A stretch of DNA of 64,000 bases from a virus: IMG/VR virus record IMGVR_UViG_3300028048_000003; one strand, 5' to 3'. Position 1 is the first letter of the stretch. Every line of letters begins with the position of its first letter. Made by a program: the position numbers and the translations under genes. This document shows positions 1-11,600 of the stretch, piece after piece. The notes beneath the pieces were generated by a model. It searched no databases and was not told the DNA's origin. It saw only the letters and a program-made list of their open reading frames with translations.

Positions 1-677
1 TTTTCGTTTTGATGAAAGATGTAAAGATTGCCGTTTTCTACATCAATGTGAAAATCCCTGCCGCCTGATATATCATCTACAAGCTCTTGACCGAACAAAC
101 ATTTTTTCAGAAATACTTCTGAATTATTATCACCTTTACCGTCAGTCTCGAATGTAATTTCAGCTGACCAATCAGAAACGTCCGCGAGTGATACGGGAAT
201 TTTTGCATAGTTCGTCTTGCCGTCGAAGGTGAGCGCTACGGGCGTTGTGGAACTCGATGTAGCATAATCGACAAGCGTGACATTAGAAATATCAGCATTT
301 CCACTTCTATAATCGCAATATGATTTGAAGGTTAGTCTAAAATATTTGTGGACATCGTGATTTGTACAAACCGCCGTCGTTTGCTCGCCGTTGCTCGCCG
401 ACCATGTACCGCAATCGGTATAGCTCTCGCCATCATCCGAGTACGCTATGATTCCGCGCGTAGGAAGGTAGCCATCGCTTGATGCTAATACGACGTTACT
501 GAGCGCAAGTCCGTCTTTTATCCAGATTTCAATATACCTATCTGTGTTTGTACCATTGAGGTATTTAGTCGTACCGTCAAACGCTAAATAGGTATCGTTT
601 CCCATGCCGCGAACGGCAAAATCATCAACGCCCCACGTCCCGTTGCTTTTTAACACAGGCTGTTTCCAGTTGCTCAC
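1..677 (-). CDS. distal tail fibre / receptor-binding-type protein, first ~225 codons (gene continues past the left edge)
   Basis: Own minus-strand translation. GTG at 677-675 (GTGA overlap with the stop of ORF 674..1216, GAGGTGG SD upstream) opens a frame with no stop down to nt 1 (VSNWKQPVLKSNGTWGVDDFAVRGMGNDTYLAFDG...LTFDGKTNYAKIPVSLADV...). It is absent from the ORF track only because it is truncated. Function is inferred from its position after the tail-tip genes. Confidence 0.55.
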   Translation of the reverse strand, partial: MSNWKQPVLKSNGTWGVDDFAVRGMGNDTYLAFDGTTKYLNGTNTDRYIEIWIKDGLALSNVVLASSDGYLPTRGIIAYSDDGESYTDCGTWSASNGEQTTAVCTNHDVHKYFRLTFKSYCDYRSGNADISNVTLVDYATSSSTTPVALTFDGKTNYAKIPVSLADVSDWSAEITFETDGKGDNNSEVFLKKCLFGQELVDDISGGRDFHIDVENGNLYIFHQNE

Positions 678-1216
678 TTGACCACCACCTCACCACTTCC
701 ACCAAGGCCGCTAAATAGGTACAACATACCGTTTTCTATGCCAATACTAAAATCACCACTCACAGCGCCATTTGTGTCTGTATTTAGGAATGTCCCCTTC
801 CTCCACAGGTCATTCTTTTCCCTGTTTTGCGAATCGGAAGAATCTATGTCCATGACGATAGTAAACTTGGTAGCGTCTTTTAGGATATTTCCCATCGTAG
901 CGTAGGACACTTTGCCATCAAATTGTACCTTTGTCTCATAGTCAATATCATGGATTTCTCGAACAGCATCGTAGTTTGTAGATACGGAGAACTTCTTACC
1001 AATGAGCTTTACGCCAATATCAAGAAACTTGAATTTTACATCATCAGCATTTTTCCCTTTTGGTACGACAAAGATTTGGATGTCCTTTGCAACGAGTTTG
1101 TAGTGAGGGAAATAGTAAGCAACGATTTTTCTAGGAGTAACCTTTACGCGCTCAGAATTGATAATAGCTACGAGCTTTACATCGCTTACAGTTACCCTAT
1201 CGTCCATGTCACTCAC
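674..1216 (-). CDS. hypothetical virion (fibre/baseplate-associated) protein
   Basis: 180-aa ORF with 4-nt stop/start overlaps (GTGA) to both neighbours, inside the distal tail block. No recognisable motif. Confidence 0.5.
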   Translation of the reverse strand: MSDMDDRVTVSDVKLVAIINSERVKVTPRKIVAYYFPHYKLVAKDIQIFVVPKGKNADDVKFKFLDIGVKLIGKKFSVSTNYDAVREIHDIDYETKVQFDGKVSYATMGNILKDATKFTIVMDIDSSDSQNREKNDLWRKGTFLNTDTNGAVSGDFSIGIENGMLYLFSGLGGSGEVVVK

Positions 1217-2016
1217 CCCTTAATTACAACTTTTACGTTCTGCATATCGGACGGACTGTCAAATGTCAGCGGAATATAGCAAGTAGAAGTACCAACTGGA
1301 ATCTCGTATGTACCTACTTTATCGCCAACGGAAAATTGCAGAGTTTTGAGTTTAGAACCCTTTTTCTCGAGCTGGCAGCAGAGATAGCAGGACATAATAT
1401 CAGATGTCTGTTTCAGTTTAGTCAACTGCTCATTATCAAGCTGAATTATGCCCTCTTTGTCTACATCGGTAAGGAGGTAGTTCCCATCCGTTCCTTTCTC
1501 CCAATTCGTAATGTCATTGATGGTGAGGTGCGTGTATTCGGCATAAGGTGGAATCTCCGTGTCAGAAATGAAAATATCCTTAACCAATACTCCACCCGAA
1601 TTGTCATTCCCGAATGTGACAGACATAGGCAAAGACTTTACACTCGTGTCAACTGTGCTATATTTAGCCCCAGCGATTGTTACCTCTACTAAAAGGCCAT
1701 CGTCTTGAACATGAAAGTGACAGAAAACCCTTACTCCTGTACCAAGGTCAGCATGTTTGTCAGTAAATAAAGATTTGAAGGTTGTCGCATTTACACGAAA
1801 TTCTTTATTTTTGAGCGTGAACGAAAACCACGGGTCAGCGTACTTGTAATCTTTGGAATAGAAGAAAGAGTAATAAGCATCCTTTGTCTCGATTGGGGTA
1901 GGAATAGAAAAAGAATAATTCCAGTCAATGCGAATATATTCTCCTGACTGGCTAACACCTTTAGGAGAGCTAGGGAGCAGGGTAACGTCACCTTTGTTGT
2001 AGTAGGAAAAACTCAT
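1213..2016 (-). CDS. hypothetical virion protein
   Basis: 267-aa ORF. Its ATG overlaps the upstream stop (ATGA at 2013-2016). Lies in the tail-distal block. Confidence 0.5.
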   Translation of the reverse strand: MSFSYYNKGDVTLLPSSPKGVSQSGEYIRIDWNYSFSIPTPIETKDAYYSFFYSKDYKYADPWFSFTLKNKEFRVNATTFKSLFTDKHADLGTGVRVFCHFHVQDDGLLVEVTIAGAKYSTVDTSVKSLPMSVTFGNDNSGGVLVKDIFISDTEIPPYAEYTHLTINDITNWEKGTDGNYLLTDVDKEGIIQLDNEQLTKLKQTSDIMSCYLCCQLEKKGSKLKTLQFSVGDKVGTYEIPVGTSTCYIPLTFDSPSDMQNVKVVIKG

Positions 2017-3011
2017 TCTGAAATCCTCCTTGTCGTAAGAGTAAGTGTATCAATACCGTCAACATAATCCCATGCCGTGCCGATAGAGTGGTCACCGTAG
2101 TCAACGAGCTGCTGGGAAGTATTCGTGCCATAAGCTACATCGAGTGCGTTGATATTATCTCCTGTTCTCGAAGTAGTACCACAAAAACCAAATTTACGCG
2201 CGTCAACAAGCGTTTTAGCTTTTGCCAGAGACTCAGCATTGACCTTTAGTGTAGCCGTAGCATTTGTGAACTGTGTCGTGTACTTGTCACCGACCTTTGC
2301 CCAGCCATCTCCTGTAATACTTTCCACATCTACCTCCTGCACCGTATCGGAGAAGGTAATGGGTTCTTCTGAAACAATCAGGTTGCGGAGATAAACGCCT
2401 TGAAAAGCAATCTTGAATGGGACAGCCCTAGCGCCTACGATACCGCTTTGGATAGAGGAGATATGTTTGCATTGACCGCCTACTTTGTTATGGTAGTATA
2501 CCTTGAGAACATTTCCTCCTTCGATATATGCCTTTAGGACATCAACGTTCGCATAGGAAGAACCGTATGAATCGTGTTTATCACCCCAACTACCCATCGG
2601 AGGCATATCAGGCAACCAATTTCCATCACCATGATGTTCGTAGAGCCAGTCCCAATAATAGTCGTTCCAATTATACCTGATGCTTGCCACATGATTTACA
2701 GAATAGTCTGTGACACTATCACTTGAGGAGGTATAGTACCTTACATAAGAAGAAAGGGTATTCCCGTTCGGCATTTCTGCTTTATACATCTTTGTGAAGT
2801 CCTTGGGAATAGGAACAACCTCTGCCGAATAGTAAAAATCCGACAGGGACTTAGGGTTAATCATAAATCCTGCTTCAATGTTATACGGAATACGAATCCA
2901 TTTCTTGTCGAGATAGGTGATTTCCTCAAGTGCCGTAGAACCGTTACCCTTATCGTTGACATAGTTCAAGAGGTCTGCATTGTGCGTATTTGCGTAGAAG
3001 AACTTACCCAA
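2013..3011 (-). CDS. hypothetical virion protein (tail fibre/baseplate region)
   Basis: 332-aa ORF, co-oriented and translationally coupled within the tail block. Confidence 0.5.
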   Translation of the reverse strand: MGKFFYANTHNADLLNYVNDKGNGSTALEEITYLDKKWIRIPYNIEAGFMINPKSLSDFYYSAEVVPIPKDFTKMYKAEMPNGNTLSSYVRYYTSSSDSVTDYSVNHVASIRYNWNDYYWDWLYEHHGDGNWLPDMPPMGSWGDKHDSYGSSYANVDVLKAYIEGGNVLKVYYHNKVGGQCKHISSIQSGIVGARAVPFKIAFQGVYLRNLIVSEEPITFSDTVQEVDVESITGDGWAKVGDKYTTQFTNATATLKVNAESLAKAKTLVDARKFGFCGTTSRTGDNINALDVAYGTNTSQQLVDYGDHSIGTAWDYVDGIDTLTLTTRRISE

Positions 3012-3024
3012 AAGGAACCCCCCT

Positions 3025-3480
3025 TTATGCCTGTTCGATTACTGCTTCAATATGGATAGATTCGTCCGTGTCGTTTGTTGGAACTTCTGCCTTGCTCGAA
3101 GCCGCCTTTACCCAGATAAGCGTATTCTTGTCCGTGATTACATCGCTGATTGTGAGCTTGTTCGACCATGCTGCGTTTGTAAGAGCATTTGCCGCCGAAT
3201 CATAATCGCCAACAGCAAAAAACCACTTAGCCGTATCACCTGTATTGGGTTCATACTTCTTTGTCTCGGAATTGTAGTGGTAAGCCGTAATAACCGTATC
3301 ACCATAAGTCTTATACCCACTAGCGCACCGAATCGCAATCTGCTGGCAGGAAGACTCCTCTTTAGCCGCGTTCAGCGTGAAAGACAAGGGATTTGTCTGC
3401 GTACCGTTCTGGGAAAGCTCCGTACCGTCAGCTGCATCCTTTGTTACCGTACCGTTGTAAAGTTTAATCAGGTCGCTCAT
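3025..3480 (-). CDS. hypothetical virion protein
   Basis: 151-aa ORF. Its ATG overlaps the TAA of the upstream tail-tip gene by 1 nt (TAATG at 3478-3482). Confidence 0.5.
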   Translation of the reverse strand: MSDLIKLYNGTVTKDAADGTELSQNGTQTNPLSFTLNAAKEESSCQQIAIRCASGYKTYGDTVITAYHYNSETKKYEPNTGDTAKWFFAVGDYDSAANALTNAAWSNKLTISDVITDKNTLIWVKAASSKAEVPTNDTDESIHIEAVIEQA

Positions 3481-6437
3481 TATTTATCAATCTCCTTTTT
3501 CACAAGAGTTTTTACTCCGTCTTCAACAAGAAATTCTGAATTATTATCGAGGGTTACCGAATCGAGGAGGTTTATATTCCTTATCTCAGTCCCCTTTTCT
3601 TCGCTTGCATCCGTGTCTACTGTAAAATTGTACGGAGAAGCGAGGCAATAGTCATTACCAGAACGAATACTGAGAGAAAGGCTCTTCTTGGTTGCCTTAA
3701 ACGTAATCTTCGTCTCGTATGTTACAGCGCGATAGTCACCGCTTATTTCATAGAACTTAGCGCCGATTGCTTCATCCCAAGAAAGGGTGACGTATTCTCC
3801 AGACATACTCTGCCGTACAAAAGCAACAGGGTTAGGCATTAACGACATCGTGAACGTCTTTGCAGTGCTCGCCGAATTGCCAGCTTGGTCGTAAGCTGTG
3901 ATAACGACCGTGTTGACCCCATCCACACCAATACCTGTATATCGGGTATCAGTTGTGTGTTCGAGCTTGTCGCGGTATTTGACTGTGTATTCCTTGAAGT
4001 CCCCCTCTGTATTCTTATCCCATACCAGAGTGAACCTTGCACCATCTTTTGTAAGAATGACGTTTTGTGGTGCGGCTGGAGGACTGTCCGTGAGGTGAAG
4101 AGTAACCGTACCCGTCTCAATCGCTTTAGAATACAAACCACTCTCATTTCTGACGATGACGCGGAACGCAACATTTGCACCCTGCTTTTCTTCAACCTCA
4201 TAGGAACAAATATTCGTATCTGTAAGAAGCTCCCACTCCCCATCTGGATATTTGCGATAGAGAGAATAATACACTCCGATTTGCGTAGGTGAAGCGCCCC
4301 ATGTCACTTTTGCTTTTAGCTTTGTGATAGGCATATCGAGAATATCGTCAAGAACCGTTACTTTAATGCCGTCAGCGGGCAAAGGTGTACCGAGAACAGG
4401 CTTTTTCAGGGAGTAGTTTGGCATCGTGATTGTCGCACCAAGCGTATCATTGTAGATAGTTGGATTGTACTGTCTTCCCTTAATGGTATACTCGCCGTCT
4501 TCTGTCTCTTGAATCTCCGTAATTCTAAAAGGCATTTCTACGAAAATATCCTTGTAGGTAATGGAAACAACATCGGACGGTTCGAGATGTGCAGCTTGAT
4601 AGCCAGTTTTGAACTCTACTTGAAGAGTACACGTTCTGTTGTAGTCTCGATAGAAACGACCAAGACGAAGAGCTTGAGCCTGAGAAGTAACGCCCTCCAA
4701 TTCAACCTCTTTTGTAATTATCTTGTGCCGTTGTCGTTGGTCACCATAATCATCAACAATAGCGGTTGCCGTTTGCCAGTTATTGAGAGGGTCGATAAAC
4801 TTGATTTGATATTGGTTCGGACACTCATCGAGGGAAATTTGTGAGACAGAGAAATCCTTGATAGAACTGTCCGTAAACTTGTAGGATATATCAGTCTGTC
4901 TCTCGATTCGCAGATGAAGTTTATTCTTGGACAAGACAAGGTAGCCGCAGAAAGAAGCCATGATGTTTTGAATCCAGTCCCACATAGATTGCTGATTGTC
5001 CATGACAAGATTCAATTCGTATCTCTTGCCCGTAAGAACTGTACCGTCAGCCATCTTGTAAGAGACTTCCGCATCGCACCAGTCTGCTGCTTCTTTGAAA
5101 CTATCCTCGTCAATATTGTCCTCTGTCAGCCAAAGCCCGCCGCCGTATGTCTTGTTGAGGAGCAAGTCTCTGAGACACATAGCTGGGTTTGTTGAATATA
5201 CCCATTGATTAATTCGAGTGTCATATACCTTGCGTCCTTTTACAAGAGCTTCGACAGATGGATTTCCGTTTAGCTCACTACATACAGAAAAGGTAAGGTC
5301 GAGCCATGCCATGTTCGGATAGCCGCCGACTTTCTCGTAATCATCAGGCGTGTCTCCGTCGTGATACGTCATTTTAGTCTGTCCTGCAATCGTAGAAGCA
5401 ACAGCTGGAATAGGTCTGAGATAGCATGGAGATGGTTTACTGTTCACTACATATCGGTCAAATGTACAATACCATGCCTGACGTTTTCGCATGTGATGCC
5501 AATGGGATTCATTATGTCTGGTGTTAGGAACAGAGAGGAGAACCATACCGTCTCTATAAGACCTAATATCCCAATCATCGCCACCGTCCTTGCGTAGCTC
5601 TGCGCGTCCTTTGAATGTTAGGTCACCAACAAGGATGTCTCCTGCGCTCCGAGAAGTATTAGCAACAGGAAACGCCTCCCATCCATCCTGCAATTTATTG
5701 ATATACGATATGAGAGAAGACACTTCCATCTGCCAAGACCAATAACTTGCATCAGTGCCATTCGTATCGTCCTGATTTTTCAAGTCTAACTTTTTGAGGT
5801 TTCCGTTCCAGTACAGTTGAAGCTGTTTACCGTCCATCTGTACCCATGCGTCCTCGAATCGTCTGTTCTGAATATAGAAGATAGTCCTGCTCTGAATATC
5901 GTTTTTACACGATGGGTCAGGGATGTTATATGAAGCCGCTGTGACGTTTTCGACTCCCTCAATACCACCTTCACAGAGAACAACATGTTTATGGAGAGTA
6001 TTGGCATCTGCATCCGTTTCGTGAAGCGTCTGATTGCCAGTTATTTTTCTTCTTCCGTAGACAACTGAGACAACACCGCCAAGAGACTGGGATTCCTGCT
6101 CGCGGTCAAACCTCATCACGCTTACGTTGCTATTCGATTTTCCTTGTTGATTGCCACCAAAAGCCGTCCAAATCGAGGAGAAAAGAGATGCACCCATGAC
6201 ACCAGCAGCGAGAGAAACACCGTGAGCCGCTTGTAAGCCAAACATAGCAGGGTTGCAGAAACCAATCGCAAAACCTACAACGGATAAAGCAATCTTGCCA
6301 GCGTCCTTGCCTCCACCGCCTTTACCAAATCGTTGAAGGTCAAATTTGAACGTTTTAGAGGAAAATCTAAGAAATTCTTCTCCGTACCCCTTATCACTCA
6401 AGGCATTATGGGATGTAATAAATCTATCCTTCATCAT
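3480..6437 (-). CDS. tail tip / host-specificity protein (lambda J-like) with C-terminal fibronectin-III-like repeats
   Basis: ~985 aa, the largest gene after the tape-measure/M-L-K-like genes. N-terminal Gly-rich hydrophobic segment (GKGGGGKDAGKIALSVVGFAIGF...). C-terminal repeats resemble FN3 (PPAAPQNVILTKDGARFTLVWDKNTEGDFKEYTVKY...). Start set at the ATG after AAGGAGG; the track start 6464 is a TTG. Confidence 0.7.
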   Translation of the reverse strand: MMKDRFITSHNALSDKGYGEEFLRFSSKTFKFDLQRFGKGGGGKDAGKIALSVVGFAIGFCNPAMFGLQAAHGVSLAAGVMGASLFSSIWTAFGGNQQGKSNSNVSVMRFDREQESQSLGGVVSVVYGRRKITGNQTLHETDADANTLHKHVVLCEGGIEGVENVTAASYNIPDPSCKNDIQSRTIFYIQNRRFEDAWVQMDGKQLQLYWNGNLKKLDLKNQDDTNGTDASYWSWQMEVSSLISYINKLQDGWEAFPVANTSRSAGDILVGDLTFKGRAELRKDGGDDWDIRSYRDGMVLLSVPNTRHNESHWHHMRKRQAWYCTFDRYVVNSKPSPCYLRPIPAVASTIAGQTKMTYHDGDTPDDYEKVGGYPNMAWLDLTFSVCSELNGNPSVEALVKGRKVYDTRINQWVYSTNPAMCLRDLLLNKTYGGGLWLTEDNIDEDSFKEAADWCDAEVSYKMADGTVLTGKRYELNLVMDNQQSMWDWIQNIMASFCGYLVLSKNKLHLRIERQTDISYKFTDSSIKDFSVSQISLDECPNQYQIKFIDPLNNWQTATAIVDDYGDQRQRHKIITKEVELEGVTSQAQALRLGRFYRDYNRTCTLQVEFKTGYQAAHLEPSDVVSITYKDIFVEMPFRITEIQETEDGEYTIKGRQYNPTIYNDTLGATITMPNYSLKKPVLGTPLPADGIKVTVLDDILDMPITKLKAKVTWGASPTQIGVYYSLYRKYPDGEWELLTDTNICSYEVEEKQGANVAFRVIVRNESGLYSKAIETGTVTLHLTDSPPAAPQNVILTKDGARFTLVWDKNTEGDFKEYTVKYRDKLEHTTDTRYTGIGVDGVNTVVITAYDQAGNSASTAKTFTMSLMPNPVAFVRQSMSGEYVTLSWDEAIGAKFYEISGDYRAVTYETKITFKATKKSLSLSIRSGNDYCLASPYNFTVDTDASEEKGTEIRNINLLDSVTLDNNSEFLVEDGVKTLVKKEIDK

Positions 6438-6444
6438 TTCCTCC

Positions 6445-7248
6445 TTAGTGATAATTAGCTTCAAACGGAATTGCTGGGAAACCGCTGAAATGTTTTAGAT
6501 TATTGAACTTCTTACAACATTCTTTTGTCTTGTCGCAGCCACGCTCGAGAATTACATATTGACCGACTAAATCGCTTTGAAGGAAGTTGATACCAAGAGT
6601 AATATTGTTCCTATCGTTGCCGATAATATTCCTCGATTCGCCACGGATAATAGCCATTCCAAAGGAAAAGAAATCCTTATCGAAAGACCTTTCGACAGTC
6701 AGAACGTTTCCGTCCGTACTTACATCGGTGATTTTTACGTTGTACTGCTTTTGCTCAAGAGTGCAATTAACATCGCCAAAATTACTATTGCATTGTGTCT
6801 GGTAAAGCCTTTGCGGAGTATTAACCGTAGGGAAAATGGAGCGTAGTGTACATGAAAAAACACCCTCTGAGTAAGAAGGTGAATCAAGGTAGCCGATAAA
6901 GATAGGGAGGCAAGAACCATCTTTCAGACTGTCAGGGTATTGTATTTTCCAAATGCCAACTTCACATCCGCGAAAATCAAAACCATTCAAGACATAAGAC
7001 AGCTTAGTTCCGTCAACATCGCCAAGATGTACCTGTGTCTCATCAAAGAGATTATCCGCACTCCTCGTAATATCTTCTCTCGAAAAGGGAATGTGTACAA
7101 AGGTTTGCCCATTGAAAACAATGTCCTCATCACATGCAGCGATATAGGAAAGTCCTGTTCTGAGTTTTAGGACGTACAATTCAATAAAGAACGGAGCGTT
7201 TGAGTCTTTCGCTTTCTCCATTTCAACAGGGATATAAGACAAAATCAA
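6445..7248 (-). CDS. minor tail protein (lambda gpL / DUF2163-like position) with C-terminal Cys cluster
   Basis: 267 aa. C-terminal CDKTKECCKKFNNLKHFSGFPAIP resembles, from memory, the conserved end of gpL/BR0599-type tail proteins. The position fits. Confidence 0.45.
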   Translation of the reverse strand: MILSYIPVEMEKAKDSNAPFFIELYVLKLRTGLSYIAACDEDIVFNGQTFVHIPFSREDITRSADNLFDETQVHLGDVDGTKLSYVLNGFDFRGCEVGIWKIQYPDSLKDGSCLPIFIGYLDSPSYSEGVFSCTLRSIFPTVNTPQRLYQTQCNSNFGDVNCTLEQKQYNVKITDVSTDGNVLTVERSFDKDFFSFGMAIIRGESRNIIGNDRNNITLGINFLQSDLVGQYVILERGCDKTKECCKKFNNLKHFSGFPAIPFEANYH

Positions 7249-8181
7249 TCACCGTCCTTTTTTTATAGGAGCACCAAAAACAACAAGGTGCATAGTAGAA
7301 GAACTTGCCGTCTGAGGAGTCTGAGAAGTACCAAAAAGATATGTATTTTCTTTATTAACGCCGAGCACTTCACTTTTCTCCTTACCGCTGAGATAACAAA
7401 CAGCTTTCTTGAAATAAAACTCGTTGCTCTCTCCGAAAAGGTAGGAGTATGGCTTCAACACGACATGATTTACTGTCCCATTGTCCGAAGTAAGAGTCAT
7501 TTGACACTTATATCCAACAATGTTTTGCATTTCGCGAATATCTGTAATTGTAAGCTCACTAGGCATGTACACATTGTAGATATTTCCGTGGTTGATGAAC
7601 TGGAGCGGAGAAAAATCACCATAACGGTTATACAGGGACATCAGCCTATCTCTTTCTGCCTTTTTCCCATTCATATTAAAAGTAAAAGTGTGTATAGGGG
7701 TGTTCCATGTTTTTTCTCTAGCGTTGGCAAGCGTTTCGAGGATATTTGTATTCCAATCGTCTGTATCTTCAATAGTTCCCCGAATAGGAAAATCAAACTC
7801 GGCAAATTCTGGAAGTCCTTGATATAGAACTTTACTTCTGTCAACCTGCAACTTGATTTCAGCGCTATAACCGACGATGGTTTTTACTTCGCGGAGCTGT
7901 TTGAACGTTATTTTTTCTGCGAATTGACACGTTTCTTTTACGCCATCATAGTTGAAATAAAACTTATCGAGAAGTCCGTGATGTCTGTCGTAGAAGTCGC
8001 GAAGGTACACGAGCATATTTTCCTTGCCATATACAACAAAAGAAAGCATCTTCCTCGCTCTCGCTCTCTTACGATTATGGACAACCATGCCGTTATAGAA
8101 CTGGATTTCTTTACTTTCCCATGAGTAAATGTTATTCACTTCGCCGCGAGGGACAACATTCAATACTTCCATATCACTCAT
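7249..8181 (-). CDS. minor tail protein (gpM-like position), internally duplicated
   Basis: 310 aa. Two similar halves (…FKQLREVKTIVGYSAEIKLQV… / …ITDIREMQNIVGYKCQMTLTS…). Located between the NlpC/P60 gene and the gpL-like gene. Confidence 0.4.
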   Translation of the reverse strand: MSDMEVLNVVPRGEVNNIYSWESKEIQFYNGMVVHNRKRARARKMLSFVVYGKENMLVYLRDFYDRHHGLLDKFYFNYDGVKETCQFAEKITFKQLREVKTIVGYSAEIKLQVDRSKVLYQGLPEFAEFDFPIRGTIEDTDDWNTNILETLANAREKTWNTPIHTFTFNMNGKKAERDRLMSLYNRYGDFSPLQFINHGNIYNVYMPSELTITDIREMQNIVGYKCQMTLTSDNGTVNHVVLKPYSYLFGESNEFYFKKAVCYLSGKEKSEVLGVNKENTYLFGTSQTPQTASSSTMHLVVFGAPIKKGR

Positions 8182-8579
8182 CGTTTATACCCCGCTTTGA
8201 ATCCTTTTTGCCAGAAATCTCTATGGTAAATTGTGCTTGAGGTTTCCCCTTCGATTGTGGGAACTTGCATAGCCAAAACCTTACCATATTCAAGATAGAT
8301 ACCAAGGTGGGAGTCGCCGAGAACGTCAAAGAGAATAATATCCCCGAATTGCAGTTTCTCGTAATCATTCTCTCTTGTGAAATGACCATTGAGATACCGC
8401 GCTAATCGGAAAGGCTCTCTCTTCTCCCAGTCCTTTGTAATAGGCCGTCCATCATCAAATGTTTGCTCCCAGCCATGCTCTTTGTAAAACAAGGAACACA
8501 AACCAAGGCAGTCACATCCGTCATAGTCACGACCGTTGAATTTATGAAGAATACCAATGTATTTATCTATATTTTCCAT
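8178..8579 (-). CDS. NlpC/P60-family tail-associated peptidase (gpK-like)
   Basis: 133 aa. Candidate Cys (DGCDCLGLCSLFY) and His (GDSHLGIYLEYGKVLAMQ) are spaced as in NlpC/P60. Immediately follows the tape measure. Confidence 0.65.
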   Translation of the reverse strand: MENIDKYIGILHKFNGRDYDGCDCLGLCSLFYKEHGWEQTFDDGRPITKDWEKREPFRLARYLNGHFTRENDYEKLQFGDIILFDVLGDSHLGIYLEYGKVLAMQVPTIEGETSSTIYHRDFWQKGFKAGYKR

Positions 8580-8662
8580 GATACCTCCTTAACGCCAGAG
8601 CTTCTTGCGGCGTTTACTAGGCTTTTCACCTAGGCTTTCCCTTTGTAGGAGCTTACGAAAGA

Positions 8663-11600
8663 TTATCTGAAACCGTGACGCTGTTGATTACCCATGATTC
8701 TCTGGAAAGCACGCGGATTCTTTTGGATTGCCCTCATAACGCTCGCACTGTCCGCTTGCGTATTAAGAACAACCATATTCCCAGAACCGTTATCTTTACT
8801 CCCCATAGCGGCTAACATATCGTTCTGTTGCTGCATAAGCTGTTCCAGACGTTTGTTGCTGCTTGTCTTAATCACGGTGTTATTGCGGTTGAACTTGCGG
8901 TAATTCTCCACAGTTTTAGGACTCATAACAGGCTCATAGGACTCACCAAGGTTACCGCCGTCAGCGTATCGTTTCATGCCAGCGATAGCTTCTGGATTAG
9001 CGTTGAGCGTATCGAGGAAACCGACTCCAACCTTATCTACCGTTGACTTCTTGATGATGTACTCACCATTGGAAGTGCGGATAAACTGTCCCCGATTAGC
9101 AAGGTATGTAAGGATGGAATCACTTGTTCCTGTTCCTGCACCCCTAATAAGACCTGTTGTGTCACCGCCAGTAGCGAAACCTTTGATAAGTCCACCGTCA
9201 GCGTGCTTTCTGAACATTGAGAACAGAGAGATAGCTATACCAGCATAGCCAGCCCAACCCATACCGCCGCCAGAAGAACTACCACCGATACCAGCCGCGC
9301 CTCCCATAGAGCTTGTAGCTCCCTGCATTTGAAGCGCTGTTGTATTTGCGGTAGTAGCGCTAGTATTGCTAATATCTGCATTGGTATTGCCTTGGACGGC
9401 GATTGTGTTCCGCTGATTAGTTGCATTGAGAAGACTCATCTGATTAGAAGAGAGGTTTGTAGCTAAAACCTGTTGTCCAGTAGCAAGAGAGTTCTTTATA
9501 GAAGCTGACTGCGTAGCGACAGTAGCCGCTTTCTGCACCGTAGCGACGGCATTAGCAACAGTAGTTCCTTTTCTGATAGCAAGAGTATTTAGGTTGAGCT
9601 TTTGACTAAGCTGTTGGAAAGCCCTATTGTAGTCTGCCTTGCCACCGAATTGGTTTGTTGCGCCGTATCGAGAGGAAGGAATCTTATCTAAGACGTTTCC
9701 GCTCCAGCCGCTCATAAACCCGCCTACTCTGCCGACATTGTGGACGAAGTTTCTCCTCTGAACTCTTCTCGTGATGTTCTCACCACTCAGAATGTCCTTG
9801 AGTCCCCATTTCTGCATTTGAACTCTGAGGATTTGACGGAGAGCCAGCTTTGCAATATCGTTCCAGAGGGATTTCCACGACTCTTTGAAAGACTTCCCTT
9901 CGAGCAGCACATCGGAGAACATGTTGTGTACACCGTTTTCAATGATGTCAGCAAGTTCGTCCGTGACCGCGTTGAGGGATTTCTTTACATCGTCAATGGA
10001 TTTCTGAACCTCTGCCAAGTCTTTCTTGTATTGCTGTGTAGCTTCGCTGCCGTGTTCGCGGTTTTGGTCAATCCTGTCGGTAAGCTCATCTACATGCTTG
10101 GACACTTTCTGAATCTCGGCATTGAGTGTCTTATCTTCGCTTGTGAGTGTCTTGCGTTTCTCGATAAGCAAATCAAGGCGCTTCTGCTCTGCATCACGCT
10201 CTGTCTCCCAGCCGCTACGCTTCTCATAGTCGCTCGACTCTGCTTTAGACAACTGAGAATGAATCCAGTCGTATTTCTTTTGCAGGATGTCAAGTTTCTG
10301 TGCATAGAACCGCATATTCTCCATATAGGATTCACTATCGGTCATGCCGTTTATTTTGTGCTCGTGTGCGTTGGAAAGACTTTCAAGCTGTGCGTCCAGA
10401 CGTTCCGTAGGAGACATAGAGCCATAAACCTTGCGGTCGTGCTCTGCCTTGTCCTCTGCATAGTTCGATTCGAGGGACTCAAGTTGGCTACGAGACTTGA
10501 TAAGAGAGTTAATAGCTTTGGTGAAATCACCCTTGCCCTCTTTATCAAACTTCTTCGCAATCTCTTGAATCTCAGAATCAGGAAGTGTCTTGATACCTTC
10601 AATGGACAGGTTGTTCTCACTCAGGAAGCTCTTGAAGCCGCTGAACTTATCGGAATAGTCCTTGAGGAAGTCCTCGCCATTCTGTTGGACTGCTCTCCAG
10701 TAACTAAGCGTAGTCTCGGTAGACTTGAGTTTAGCTTCTTCATTTGCGGCAATCTTTTTGTAGATTTCAGCCGTATAGCCACTCAGTTTAGCTTCGGTTT
10801 CAAGGCGTTTCTGTTCCCTCTCATAGTGCTTCTGGTCACTCTCATACCGATAAGCAGCTTCTTCGATACCGTTTCTATGGAACGCATTTTCGCCGCGATA
10901 TTTCTCCCAACGGTCAACAGACTCACTTGAACTAATCGAAGGAGAACCGTATTTAACCCCGTTAGTTTTAGCAAGTTCCTTGATGTCTACGCGACCGAGG
11001 ACAGCTCCGAAATACTGTTGCGCTTCTTCCATTGTGCCGTGATGGACACCGCCTCTACTGTTCCGTGCGATATATCCACCATTACCGTCATAGATACCTA
11101 CATGGCCACGCCAGTTGATGATGTCACCAGCATTGAGAGGAGCTTCACCAGCGTGATATGCACTTCCTGCCTGCCCCATAAGCGTATCGCCGTTCGGACT
11201 ATTGACAGATGTGATGCCGTGCTTGTTCATCATGTAGGAAACCCAAGAAGAACATTGACTCTCCCAAGAAGAGTTATCATCGAAGCCCGCATCTATGCCG
11301 CGCCATTGTTCGCCAGCATGAGCGTCAGCTTCTTTAACCATAGCTTCGCCAATATTCTCACCAATGGTTTGTGCCGCCGTATTCCATCCAGACTCATTAG
11401 CGTATTGGTCAATAGAACGAGAATACTTGTAGCCATCTTCGTCATCTGGCCAACCATTAGCGTGTCCGACGTTATACCAATCCGTAGCTGTTTTAGCATC
11501 ATCGTAGCGCATACCGTTATAAGCGTCACCACGAATGTATGTCTTAGCTAATTTATCGATGAGGTCTGCTTCGTCACTGAAACTTTCCATATAGCCGCCG

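Noticed and set aside
9740-10930. 396-aa plus-strand ORF (plus many other 60-200-aa plus-strand ORFs between 8.7 and 17.5 kb)
   Set aside because: Entirely antisense to the tape-measure gene. Leu/Phe/Cys/Arg-rich, unprotein-like sequence with no SD. Best explained as a by-product of the biased codon composition of the opposite strand.
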